64,000 nucleotides of DNA from Vulcanimicrobiota bacterium (GTDB lineage: Bacteria; Vulcanimicrobiota; Xenobia; Xenobiales; JADMJV01): the NCBI GenBank assembly GCA_050250895.1, contig JBFWNU010000005.1, positions 96,001 to 160,000 of the forward strand. The letters are read 5' to 3'. A program made the translations under genes and the position numbers. Below the pieces are notes generated by a model, which saw only the letters and a program-made list of their open reading frames with translations, did no database searches and had not been told where the DNA came from. Below, in pieces: positions 38,740 to 48,100 of this stretch (the first letter of the stretch is position 1; the number at the start of each line of letters is the position of its first letter).

Positions 38740-40980
38740 TCAGCGTCGCCAGGGGGCGTCCAGCAAGAACGGGCCCTCGGGCAGCCGCACCACCAGTTGT
38801 CCGGTCAGCGTGAAGTCGATGACTTCCAGGGGCGCCCCCAGCCAGGCTTGCTGCTCTTGAGCGGGATTCCAGGCGGTCATCTGATAAGGCCCGGTGAACA
38901 GCAACATGGGGCTGTGTGGATCGCCGCGCACGGCTCGGTAATCCGTCTCTGGCAGCACCAGGCCCTGGGGCCAGACGCAGGCACGGCCGTGATCCAGGCT
39001 GGCCAGAAAGTGGCCTGACCAGGCCAGCTGCTGCCCTCGCAGGTCACAGTCGAGCCAGCCGGTGGTGAAGTCCCAGATGCGGACCCTCTCGCCGTCGGTT
39101 AGAGCCATGCGGTCCGCCTCGGAGCTCAGACGCACCAGTTGCCCGATGGGCGGGTCGAGGTACAGTTCGAGTTCGTTGCGCTCGAGATCGAACACTTGCA
39201 CCGAGCCGGCGGCTACGGCCAGGCGCCCTCGGCACAGGTCGAAATCGACCACCCCCTCGAGGCCCAGTTCGAGCTCTCGCCAGGGCCTGGTATGCCAGAC
39301 CCGCAGGCCTCGCTCGGCCGTCAGTGCCACTACCCAATTGCCCCGTGGGCTGACCAGAACTTTGAGAAAGTGGGTCTCGGACCGGGCCAGACTCTCGGCC
39401 GGCTCGAGACGGCCAACCACCAGCCCTTCGCTGGTGAAGGTGGCAAAGGTCGAAAGATCGCTGCTGACGGCGACCCCCACCGTGGGGGGGGCGGCAAAGA
39501 GGACTCCGGTCGGTCGAGGAGTCGGATCGTGGGCCGGGCGAGGGGTCGGCTCTGGTCGGACCGGCTGACCTACGGCCCACAGCCGGACTCCCTGTTCACC
39601 GGCCGTCAGCACCCGATAGCCTCGACTGACCAGCACCAGGCTGTCGTCGCGGCAAGCGGTAGCCACCTTGCCCCGCGAGGTCTCGACCTCGAGCCGGCCG
39701 CGCAACTGGTCGAGCCAGGCCCGGTTCTGGCCCTCGACGGCCAGGCGCTTGAGGGCGATTCGAGCTCCCTCGGGGGCAGAACTGGTGGCCTGAGGCTCGA
39801 GCCATTCCAGACGGCCGCTCCAGCCCGTCAGCACGCGGCCGTTCACCCAGGCCAGGTCGTAGCCCCTCCATCCGTGCGCCCGTTCCAGACTGCGGTTGTC
39901 GAGCTCCCAGATATTGAGCTTGTGATCAGCCGAGCAGACGCCCAACCGCGACGAGTCGTTGGAAAAGGCGGCAGCCGTCACGGGAGCTTCGCCCACCAGG
40001 GTGCCCAACTCGAGGCCGCTGCTGCCTAACAGTAGCATTTTGTCACCCACCGGGGCGGCCAGCAGGTGGCCGTCGGGGGCAAAAGATGCGCCGACAGCCT
40101 CCCGCGGCCCCTCGACCGTCCAGGAATGGAGCAGTCGCCCGTCGGGCAGTCCCATCAGCACGATTTCGTTGCCCGACCGGCCTAACAGCACCGGCTCGTA
40201 AGGAGAGAGGGTGGCCCAGTCAAAATCGCCGGCCAGGCGGCGGGCGGGCTGGCCGTCGGGCTTGAACATCAGTTGTCCCGCCTCGATCCAGGCCAGGCTC
40301 TGCTGGTCCCAACCCAGACTGAGGTGGGTGGCCGGGGCGGCCGACAGGGTGTTGATGACCTCGAGCGGCACCTCGGGCACGGTTGCGAAAGGGCGCAGCA
40401 GGTCGTTGAAGCTGGGGCGTTCGGATGGGTTGGGATGGAGTCCGGCCCGGATCAGGGCCAGGACCTCGGGTTCGAGCCCCGGCTCGAGCTCGATTCTGCC
40501 GGCCAACACGGCGTCGACGATAGCCAGGGGGCTCGAGCCCGGAAACGGCAGGCGCCCGGTCAAGCAGCAGTGGAGGATGCAAGCCAGGCTGAAGGCTTCA
40601 GCGGGTCGGTTGTCGCGCAAGGTCTCGGGAGCCAGAAAGCCGGCCCAGTCGGGGCTGAGCGGGTCCAATCCCAGAGCGTATTCGAGGCTGCGCCAGCCGG
40701 CGGGATGGCGCACCAGGGTGGCTGGGCTGAGTGGTCCCGGGGCGCGGGTCTTGAGGGTGGCCACCAGCGAAGCGAGTTCCCAGGCGGGCAGGCGGCCCCA
40801 GCTGAGCAATTCGGCCAGGGTCACATCCCACCACGGTTCGAAGCGGTCACCGGCCCCGATCCGCACCAACTCGCCCTGGCTTTCAAACAACCAGTCTCCC
40901 AGGTGAAAACCTCGCAAACGCTCGAGTTTGCGGCCTTCGCGCTCGGTTCCCACCAGGCTCTCGGGGTTGAGAAGGTTCAC
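38740..40980 (-). CDS. truncated kinase C-lobe plus WD40 repeat protein
   Basis: FLAPE, FSLA, LTGRLPF, P.ERPS; FAPDG, FSNDS, LNIWE repeats. Confidence 0.65.
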   Translation of the reverse strand: MNLLNPESLVGTEREGRKLERLRGFHLGDWLFESQGELVRIGAGDRFEPWWDVTLAELLSWGRLPAWELASLVATLKTRAPGPLSPATLVRHPAGWRSLEYALGLDPLSPDWAGFLAPETLRDNRPAEAFSLACILHCCLTGRLPFPGSSPLAIVDAVLAGRIELEPGLEPEVLALIRAGLHPNPSERPSFNDLLRPFATVPEVPLEVINTLSAAPATHLSLGWDQQSLAWIEAGQLMFKPDGQPARRLAGDFDWATLSPYEPVLLGRSGNEIVLMGLPDGRLLHSWTVEGPREAVGASFAPDGHLLAAPVGDKMLLLGSSGLELGTLVGEAPVTAAAFSNDSSRLGVCSADHKLNIWELDNRSLERAHGWRGYDLAWVNGRVLTGWSGRLEWLEPQATSSAPEGARIALKRLAVEGQNRAWLDQLRGRLEVETSRGKVATACRDDSLVLVSRGYRVLTAGEQGVRLWAVGQPVRPEPTPRPAHDPTPRPTGVLFAAPPTVGVAVSSDLSTFATFTSEGLVVGRLEPAESLARSETHFLKVLVSPRGNWVVALTAERGLRVWHTRPWRELELGLEGVVDFDLCRGRLAVAAGSVQVFDLERNELELYLDPPIGQLVRLSSEADRMALTDGERVRIWDFTTGWLDCDLRGQQLAWSGHFLASLDHGRACVWPQGLVLPETDYRAVRGDPHSPMLLFTGPYQMTAWNPAQEQQAWLGAPLEVIDFTLTGQLVVRLPEGPFLLDAPWRR

Positions 40981-41072
40981 TGGGGGCTCGATTCGGGGTC
41001 GAGGCCCGAACTCTTTTCGCCGAGGCTGTGTTCGGGAGGTCGGCCGTCGCGGCCCGTAGAAACTGGGGCGCC

Positions 41073-41936
41073 GTGACCAAAGTTCTTGAAGATCCTGGGG
41101 TTGAGGCCGCCAAGCTGCGGGATCAGGTGAAGGTGGCGGCCAAGAAACTGGGTGTGGCTGACAAGCTCCTGGGCGAACTCAGTCGGCCCGAGGTGCTGGC
41201 GAGTCCGGCCAAGCTCAAGGCCGTGCTCGAGAAGTTCAGTCGCCTCGAAGCGGGTCTGCCGGCTCTCGACCAGGCGATGCGCGAATGGTCGAGCGCCCTC
41301 GACCAGTGGCGCCGTGAGCAAGAGCGACAGCTGCCGCTGGCCTTCGGTCGCCAGCTCAAAGAGGCCGCCGAGGCCGCCAATCTGGTCTTTCGCATCGAAA
41401 CTAGCGAACCGCCCTGTTATCGCCTCGAGCCGTTCACGGTCGAGCCCCATTTTAGCAAGGGAGTGGCCAGGCTTTGCTATGCCCGGCTAGCCCTGGGCGA
41501 ATGTCCTCTCGACCCGGCCGAGATTCTGGCCGCGCGGGCGCGGTTTCTCGAAAGCCTGGACAAGGGGCCCGAACCTCAGGTGTTTTTCGAGCGCCTGTAT
41601 ACGGCTTATCGCAAGACTCTGGCCGGGGCCGGCCGCCGGCTGGGCGAGCGGGTCGACCTGGCTGAGTTGCTGCCCGACCTGGCCCTGGCCATGCAGCCCA
41701 GCAAGTTTTTCGCCGATCCCGTGCGCGACAATTACAAGCCCTACGGCCGGGTGCGTTTGGCTTATGACCTGGCCCGGCTCAAGAAGGCCGGACTGTTAGA
41801 GCACCAGGGCAAAAGGGTGACCCTGGGCACGGCCACCATCGGCACCACCAAAAAGAAGGATCAGGTCCTCTATCTCGAGGGCCCGGGGGGCAAGGGCCAG
41901 TACTATCTCAGTCTGGCCTTTCAGGAGGCAAGATGA
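41073..41936 (+). CDS. hypothetical protein, first gene of the ATPase operon
   Basis: coiled-coil N-half and globular C-half; ATGA overlap with the next gene. Confidence 0.7.
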   Translation: MTKVLEDPGVEAAKLRDQVKVAAKKLGVADKLLGELSRPEVLASPAKLKAVLEKFSRLEAGLPALDQAMREWSSALDQWRREQERQLPLAFGRQLKEAAEAANLVFRIETSEPPCYRLEPFTVEPHFSKGVARLCYARLALGECPLDPAEILAARARFLESLDKGPEPQVFFERLYTAYRKTLAGAGRRLGERVDLAELLPDLALAMQPSKFFADPVRDNYKPYGRVRLAYDLARLKKAGLLEHQGKRVTLGTATIGTTKKKDQVLYLEGPGGKGQYYLSLAFQEAR

Positions 41937-43201
41937 GCGAAGTGAAAATCCCCCCGGCCGTGGCCACCCATATCCTGGCCCGCATGGGCGAGGCCGGCCA
42001 GCCCCCCGAACAGGGGATCCGTTGGGTCAACGTAGGCAACGAGAGCTATCTGCATGTGCTCGAGACCGAGTATCTCGACCGCCTGCTGGAAGGCACGCGC
42101 GGCTCGGCCTTCAAGCTGGTGCAGGGCTATTACGGCGGCGGCAAGACCCACTTTCTTCATTGCGTGCGCGACATCGCCTGGAGCCGGCGCTTTCTGACTT
42201 CGCTGGTGAGCCTGTCGCCTCAGGAATGCCCTTACGAGGACCCGCTCAAGGTCTATCGAGCGGTGGCCGGCCATCTGGCCTCGCCCCCAGCGGCGCCGGG
42301 CCTCGAGCCGACTCGGGGGCTGCCCGACTTGCTGCGGGACTTCTATGAAGAACTCGAAGAGCGCCAGGGCAAAGAAGAGGTTCCCAAATGGATCCGGCGC
42401 ACCGGCATGCGGATCAGCGTCGACAATCATAGCTTCCGTCGGGCCGCGGCCGAGTTCGTGCGCTGCCTGGCCGAAGAGGACCGCGAGGGTGAGGCTGTGC
42501 TGGAGGCCTGGTTACGGGCCGATCAGGTGCCGCGCTCGGACCTGCGTCGCTTCGGTATCTACGAGACCATCGGCAGTGCCAACGCTTTTGCCACCCTGCG
42601 CTCGCTGTGCCAGTTGCTGGTGGGCTATGGCTATCCGGGGCTGGTGATGATGTTCGACGAGGTCGACCGCAACCTGTCCATGTCGGCCCGCAAGATTCAG
42701 GCTCTGGGCGACAACCTGCGCCAGGTCATCGACCTGTGCGGCGCTTCTCAGTTGCCGGGCGTGCTCTTTCTTTATGCTGTTCCCCCCGAGTTTTTGCGCC
42801 TGGTGGTGCCGGAGTATCCCGCTCTCGATCAGCGTCTGGCCAGCCCCTTACCCATGTCGCTGCGCAGCCCGCAATCGCCGCTCATCGACCTGGAAAATCT
42901 CGACCTTGCTCCCGAAGAGTTGCTGGCCTCCATCGGGGCCAAGCTCTACGAGGTGTTTCGCGTGGCCGAGAAGTGGACCTCTACCGAAGCCATCCAGCAC
43001 GGTAATCTGCAGACTCTGGCCCGGGCCTGCGCGCGCTTTTCGTTCGAGGTCGGCCATCGCCGCCTGTTCGTCAAGAGCTGGATCACCTTTCTGTATCAGC
43101 AGAAGGTCGGCGGAGAATCGTGGCTGAGCGACGAGGCGGCCGAATCGCTCATCTCGTCTGGCTATGCGCCGGCCGGAGGCGACGATTTCTTCGATGTCTG
43201 A
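41933..43201 (+). CDS. BrxD/DUF2791-like P-loop ATPase
   Basis: FKLVQGYYGGGKTHFL, YRAV, GYPGLVMMFDE, YPALDQRL. Confidence 0.8.
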   Translation: MSEVKIPPAVATHILARMGEAGQPPEQGIRWVNVGNESYLHVLETEYLDRLLEGTRGSAFKLVQGYYGGGKTHFLHCVRDIAWSRRFLTSLVSLSPQECPYEDPLKVYRAVAGHLASPPAAPGLEPTRGLPDLLRDFYEELEERQGKEEVPKWIRRTGMRISVDNHSFRRAAAEFVRCLAEEDREGEAVLEAWLRADQVPRSDLRRFGIYETIGSANAFATLRSLCQLLVGYGYPGLVMMFDEVDRNLSMSARKIQALGDNLRQVIDLCGASQLPGVLFLYAVPPEFLRLVVPEYPALDQRLASPLPMSLRSPQSPLIDLENLDLAPEELLASIGAKLYEVFRVAEKWTSTEAIQHGNLQTLARACARFSFEVGHRRLFVKSWITFLYQQKVGGESWLSDEAAESLISSGYAPAGGDDFFDV

Positions 43202-44603
43202 GGTCACCCATCCGACCCACGGTCGCGGCAAAGTGCTGCGCTCGTTGCGTGGCGGGCGGTACTATCTGGTGCGCTTCGAGGGCCAGTCGGCCCCCTGGCA
43301 GGTGCGCGAGAGCGAGTTGACCTGGGACCAGTCGCGCATCGAGACCAGCCCCCGGGCCACCGCCACCAGGCCGAAGGGGGCCCGCCAAGAGCCCACCCTC
43401 AAAACCCTCGAGGCTTTACGTCTGGGAGTGGTGCCCTCCGAAGGGGTCGAGGTCTATACCGTGGGGCGCGACGTCGAGTTGGCTATGGTTCGCTCGGACC
43501 TGGACGCGGCCGAACGTCAGGGGGCGGCCCGAGTCATTCTGGGCGATTACGGCACCGGCAAGACCCATCTGCTGGAAGTGATCGAGTCGATGGCTCTCGA
43601 GCGCAATTTCGTGGTCAGCCGCCTCGTGCTCGATAACGAAGAGGTCTCGCCCAGTCATCCCAAGCGAGTCTACCGTTCTCTGGTTCAAGGCCTGACCTAT
43701 CCGGATCGACTGGGCCGTCGGGGTCTAGCCCCGCTGCTTGAGCAGGTGCAAGCCAAAGTGCCCGATAGTTTCTTCGATCCCGTTCACCCCAGCTATCATC
43801 GTTATCTGTCACCGTTTCTGGCCTATTATCGTGAACTGGAAGGCGAGCCCGAACAGCGGGCCGTGTTGGAAGAGGCCATGGACTTTATCGAGGGCCATCC
43901 CAGCCTCTCCAACGTCGAACTCGAGCGAGAACTGCGCCGGGCCACGCGATTGCGCGGGCATCGGCTCTTTGCCCTGATGGATTATCGGCCCTGGGCCCAC
44001 CTCTATACCTACCTGGTGGGAGGCATCAGCTACCTGATTCAACAGGCGGGTTATCGCGGGTTGGCCATCCTTTTCGACGAGGCCGAGTTTTACGCGTTGC
44101 TTTCGAGCGCTGGTCGCGAATTTGCCGACCTGCTGTTCGGTTACTATTCGGCGGCCGCGCTGGGGCCCGACAAGGTTCGCTTCGATCTCGAGTCGGCCCC
44201 TCGCGGTGGCCACGCCGTGCACCGCAGCTTTCCCCCGCTCTATCGAGAGGCGCAACACCTCTATTGCGTCTTCGCCATGACCGATGACCCCAAGGGATTG
44301 GCCGCCCTCGAGCGCATCCTCGAGCCCGACCGATTTGCCTGCTTGAGTCCACTGCGGCTGCAAGATTATCAAGAACTCTGCCGCCGGGTCATCGAACTTT
44401 ATCAGGTGGCCTATCCCGACCTCGAAGTGGGCTCGCTGGTGCAAAATCCCATGGGCGAGGTGGTCTATCAGGGCGTGCAGACGGGGGCCTTCGAGAATCC
44501 CCGCCAGGTGCTCAAGTTCGTGATGGAGCTGCTGGACTTCTCGCGCCTGCGCCGAGACCAGATCCCTGCCTACGTCAAGGAGGTGTTGTCCTATTTGCGC
44601 TAA
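43194..44603 (+). CDS. BrxD/DUF2791-like P-loop ATPase with N-terminal SH3/Tudor-like domain
   Basis: VTHPTHGRGKV...VRF; EALRLGVVP, TVGR, GDYGTGKTHLL, GYRGLAILFDEAE. Confidence 0.8.
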   Translation: MSEVTHPTHGRGKVLRSLRGGRYYLVRFEGQSAPWQVRESELTWDQSRIETSPRATATRPKGARQEPTLKTLEALRLGVVPSEGVEVYTVGRDVELAMVRSDLDAAERQGAARVILGDYGTGKTHLLEVIESMALERNFVVSRLVLDNEEVSPSHPKRVYRSLVQGLTYPDRLGRRGLAPLLEQVQAKVPDSFFDPVHPSYHRYLSPFLAYYRELEGEPEQRAVLEEAMDFIEGHPSLSNVELERELRRATRLRGHRLFALMDYRPWAHLYTYLVGGISYLIQQAGYRGLAILFDEAEFYALLSSAGREFADLLFGYYSAAALGPDKVRFDLESAPRGGHAVHRSFPPLYREAQHLYCVFAMTDDPKGLAALERILEPDRFACLSPLRLQDYQELCRRVIELYQVAYPDLEVGSLVQNPMGEVVYQGVQTGAFENPRQVLKFVMELLDFSRLRRDQIPAYVKEVLSYLR

Positions 44604-44604
44604 A

Positions 44605-44997
44605 GTGCTGGCGCTGGTCGACGACGACCCTACCTATCCGATGCTCTTTCGTCGGGCCGTCAAGCTAGAACAGCTCGACCTCGAACTCCAGGTTTTCACC
44701 GACGCCGAGGCGGCCGATACCTATTTCGCCGGCGGCGGTCCGGCGGCCGTGCTGGTGCTCGACCTCAACCTGCCGGGGATGTCGGGGCTGGAGTTGCTCA
44801 AGCGGTTGCGCGGTCGCGGCCAGACCCGACGTTTGCCCATCATCCTTCACAGCTATAGCAAAGAGCCCGAGAATGTGGCCGAATCCTATCACGGCGGGGC
44901 CAATGGATATATCGTCAAGCCTCAGGGACTGCCCGATTTACGGCGCCTGGTCCGGGCCCTTCACGACCACTGGTTGGTGTTCAACGAGGTCGAGTAA
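44605..44997 (+). CDS. single-domain response regulator (Rcp-like)
   Basis: VDDD, LDLNLPGMSG, SY..GANGYIVKP. Confidence 0.85.
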   Translation: MLALVDDDPTYPMLFRRAVKLEQLDLELQVFTDAEAADTYFAGGGPAAVLVLDLNLPGMSGLELLKRLRGRGQTRRLPIILHSYSKEPENVAESYHGGANGYIVKPQGLPDLRRLVRALHDHWLVFNEVE

Positions 44998-45167
44998 CGG
45001 GAGAACTTTGCCGGTTCGCGAAGCGTCCAGGTAGGCCGGCAGAGCCCAAGAACCTGGCAGAAACCTGACCAGAACAGCGTTCGCAAGACGCTCTCGGATA
45101 GAGGTAGACCAGGTGTTCGTGAGGAATTAGGGCTTGAATTTTTTAGGCACCGGCGGCAGCTCGAACG

Positions 45168-48100
45168 ATGTCCACCAAGAAAATAACGGGCCTCCCGGTT
45201 CCGGACCTTCCCAAAGAAGCTCCTGAGGAACTTGAGATTCTCCATGCCGCAATGCGTGACTACCTCAACGAGGGCGACGCCGAGGCGGCCTGCCGGGTTC
45301 TGCAAGAATCCTTTGACTTCTTGACCCGTTACTACTCGTCCCTGAGTTATTCGGCTGCCGTGGCGCTCGGAGTTAGCAATCCCGCCCTCGACGAGCTGGG
45401 CAAGACAGCCAGGACCTTTGACGAGATCGAAGAGTTGCTCAAGCGGTCGCTCGAGGCTCTGGGCGAGAAGGCTACCGAAGAGTTGCCCAAAGCGCTCAGG
45501 ACCGTTTTCTATGTCGGCAGCACGCGCCAGGACCCCACCCCCCGGCGCCACTCGCGTCTGTTGCAGCTCTCGGGCATTCCCATCCGGGGTTATCGGCTGC
45601 TGGGTGAGTGGTGCGGCCTCCAAGCGGGGGTCGGAGACTTGCAAGGCAGCGGTAAGTGTTCGCGCGAGATGCGCCGCTATCTGCCCATTCTCAAAGAGTG
45701 GATCACGGCGGCCGCCAACTACTTTCGTGACGCCATCCATCGTGGCCATGTCTCGGCGGACGGTACGGCTCTCGAACTAACCGTCAAGCTCGAGGGGTAT
45801 ACCCTGAGCACCGGCGGCCTGCTGACCATCCCCGTGTGGCTGGCCGAGCAGTCGGCCCGGCTGCCCAGTCGAGGCTTTGCCTCGGCCAGTCAGCCCGAGC
45901 CAGAACCGCCGGCCGAAGCACCGGTCGCCGAGCCGGTTGAACCGGCCGCCGAGCCGGCTGAAGAACCCCCCGAAGAAACGGTCGAGCCGGCCGAGGAAGC
46001 CGTGGCCGAGGCGCCGGTGCCCGAAGTCACCGCCGTCCCTGAGCCTGCTGACGAGCCGGCGATCCAGGCCGAGCCGGTGGCAATGGCCGAGCCCGAGCAA
46101 GCAGCCGAGCCCGAGTCTGCCGTAGTCGTCGAGGTCGAGGAAGAGGCGGTCGAGCCAGAGCCCGAAGCGCCCAGGACGGCAGACCCCCCGGCTGCCCAGC
46201 CTGACGAAAAGATCGAAGAAACTCCCGAACCGGTGACCGAGGCCGGCTCCCCCGAACCGGTCCAGGCCCCCGAGCCCCCGCCGGTCGAGCCCGAGAAGGT
46301 GTCCCCTCGGGCCGAGCCCGCCAGCGAAGAGCCTCGCGAGCCGGTGCTGGCCGCCGTGCCCACCTCTAAACTCGAGCTTTCGGCCGAGCAGGCCGAGGCG
46401 CTGGCCGCCAAAGCGGACCCCGCTCCTCAATCGGTTCAGTCGCACGTCGAGCCCGAGAAGGCTGAGCCAGAGAAAGAGCCAAAAACCGAGGTGGCGGCCG
46501 AAAAGCCGGCCGTGCCTGAAGTCAAGCTCGAGTCCCCCGAGCCCGAGAGCAAACCGGTGGTGCCGGTGACCGCTCCTTTAGGGACGCCCACCACCCCGCT
46601 GGGCCAGGCCACGGTGGGAGGAGCGCCCGTTCCCACCCCCCGGCCCATCGGCCCCAAGCCCGAGGACCCGGTGCTGGCGGCTCTGTGGGCGGTCGAGTCA
46701 GGGGTGGACCTCGAAGACCTCGAGCCCGACGTGCCCGAGCGGTTCGACGAGGTGCTGGTCGATGCCGACTTTCCCGAGCCGCTGGCCAACGCCCTCAACG
46801 ACCTCAACGAGGCCATCGAGGCCAATGACTCTCTACTGATTTTCGGTCAGCTCCAACGTAGCCTCGACTTGATGCTGCAGTACTTCGCCGGTCTAACTTG
46901 TGCCCTGATGCAAGAGATCGATCCCGAAGCCCTCGAGGATATCGACCTCGAGGCGCGACCCGACCTGGCCGAGAACGTCGAGATGTTGGGCACCGCCCTG
47001 TCTTCGCTCGAGTCCCATTGGGAGACCAACGACGCCGCCACCCTGCTATGGTCGGTCTTCTACGATGTCACCCTCTCGGCCGGCGACCCTGAATGGGCCT
47101 ATCTGCATACCCGCCTGCTCGGAGTCGAGGGGGCTCCCCCCGGCAAGTACAGGGAGATTTCAGAGTTTTGCGGGCAAAAGCCCGGCCAGGACGCCGAGGG
47201 GGCAGCCGAGGCCCGTATCGAGATCGCCCGCTATCTGCCGGTGCTCTCCTTCTGGCTCGAGAATGCTACCCCGCTGTTTCTCGAGAGCGAGGTCGACTTC
47301 ATCGAAGAAGACGACGGTAAGGCACTCAGCTGGGCCGCCACGCTGGTGGGTGAGGCTCTCGACGGCAGCCTGAGTTCGCTGTGGCTCGAGGTGGATCCCG
47401 AGCGATTCGATCTGCCCAGCCCCGAGCGGATCCCGGTCACCATCCCGGCCGAGTGCCCCGATGTGCTCGAGGTGCTGCTCAACGAACTCAACGAGACTCT
47501 CGAGAAGGGCGAACTCGAGAAGGTCGCCACTTACACCCGCAACGCCCTCGACTTTTTGCTGCAGTATTTTGCGGGTTGTGCTGGCTCGGCCTGGCAGCAA
47601 GAGGGGCGGATGACTCCCGAGGCCGCCAAGCTCTTCAGCGGGGACGCCAGCCTGGATGAAAAGCAGCGCTTGCTGGTGTTGGGGTTGGGTTCGCTGGGCA
47701 CCACCAGTGTCATCGGCAAGGGTTTGGCCAAGACCTTTCCTCGCTCGAGTCTGCACTTCAAGCAGCTAGCTTCCCGCTCGGCTCCTAAAGGTACGCAAAC
47801 CGTCGCCGACTGGGGCCTCAGTCGCGAGCCCGAGAGCGAAGAGAACATTTACCACTACCTGGGCGTGTTACGCTCCTGGTTGGTGATGGCGGCTCCCTGG
47901 TTCCTCTCGGGCGAGCAACTCTTCGAAGAACCCTCCGACAAGGGCGTGCTAGAGGGGGTCGTCGTCTTCAAGACCTTCTATCTCGAACTGGTCGAGCCAG
48001 AGTATTCGATGCGGCTACCACCCGAGCTACTTTCGCTGGTGGCGCTCCAACCCGCTTCCCAACCGGCCTCCGACGATGTCGTGCACCCCGGCCCCGCGCC

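Noticed and set aside
41933-44603. Calling the ATPase pair a complete BREX or Shango system
   Set aside because: No pglX, pglZ, brxHI/Lhr-type helicase or TerB gene is present in the window.
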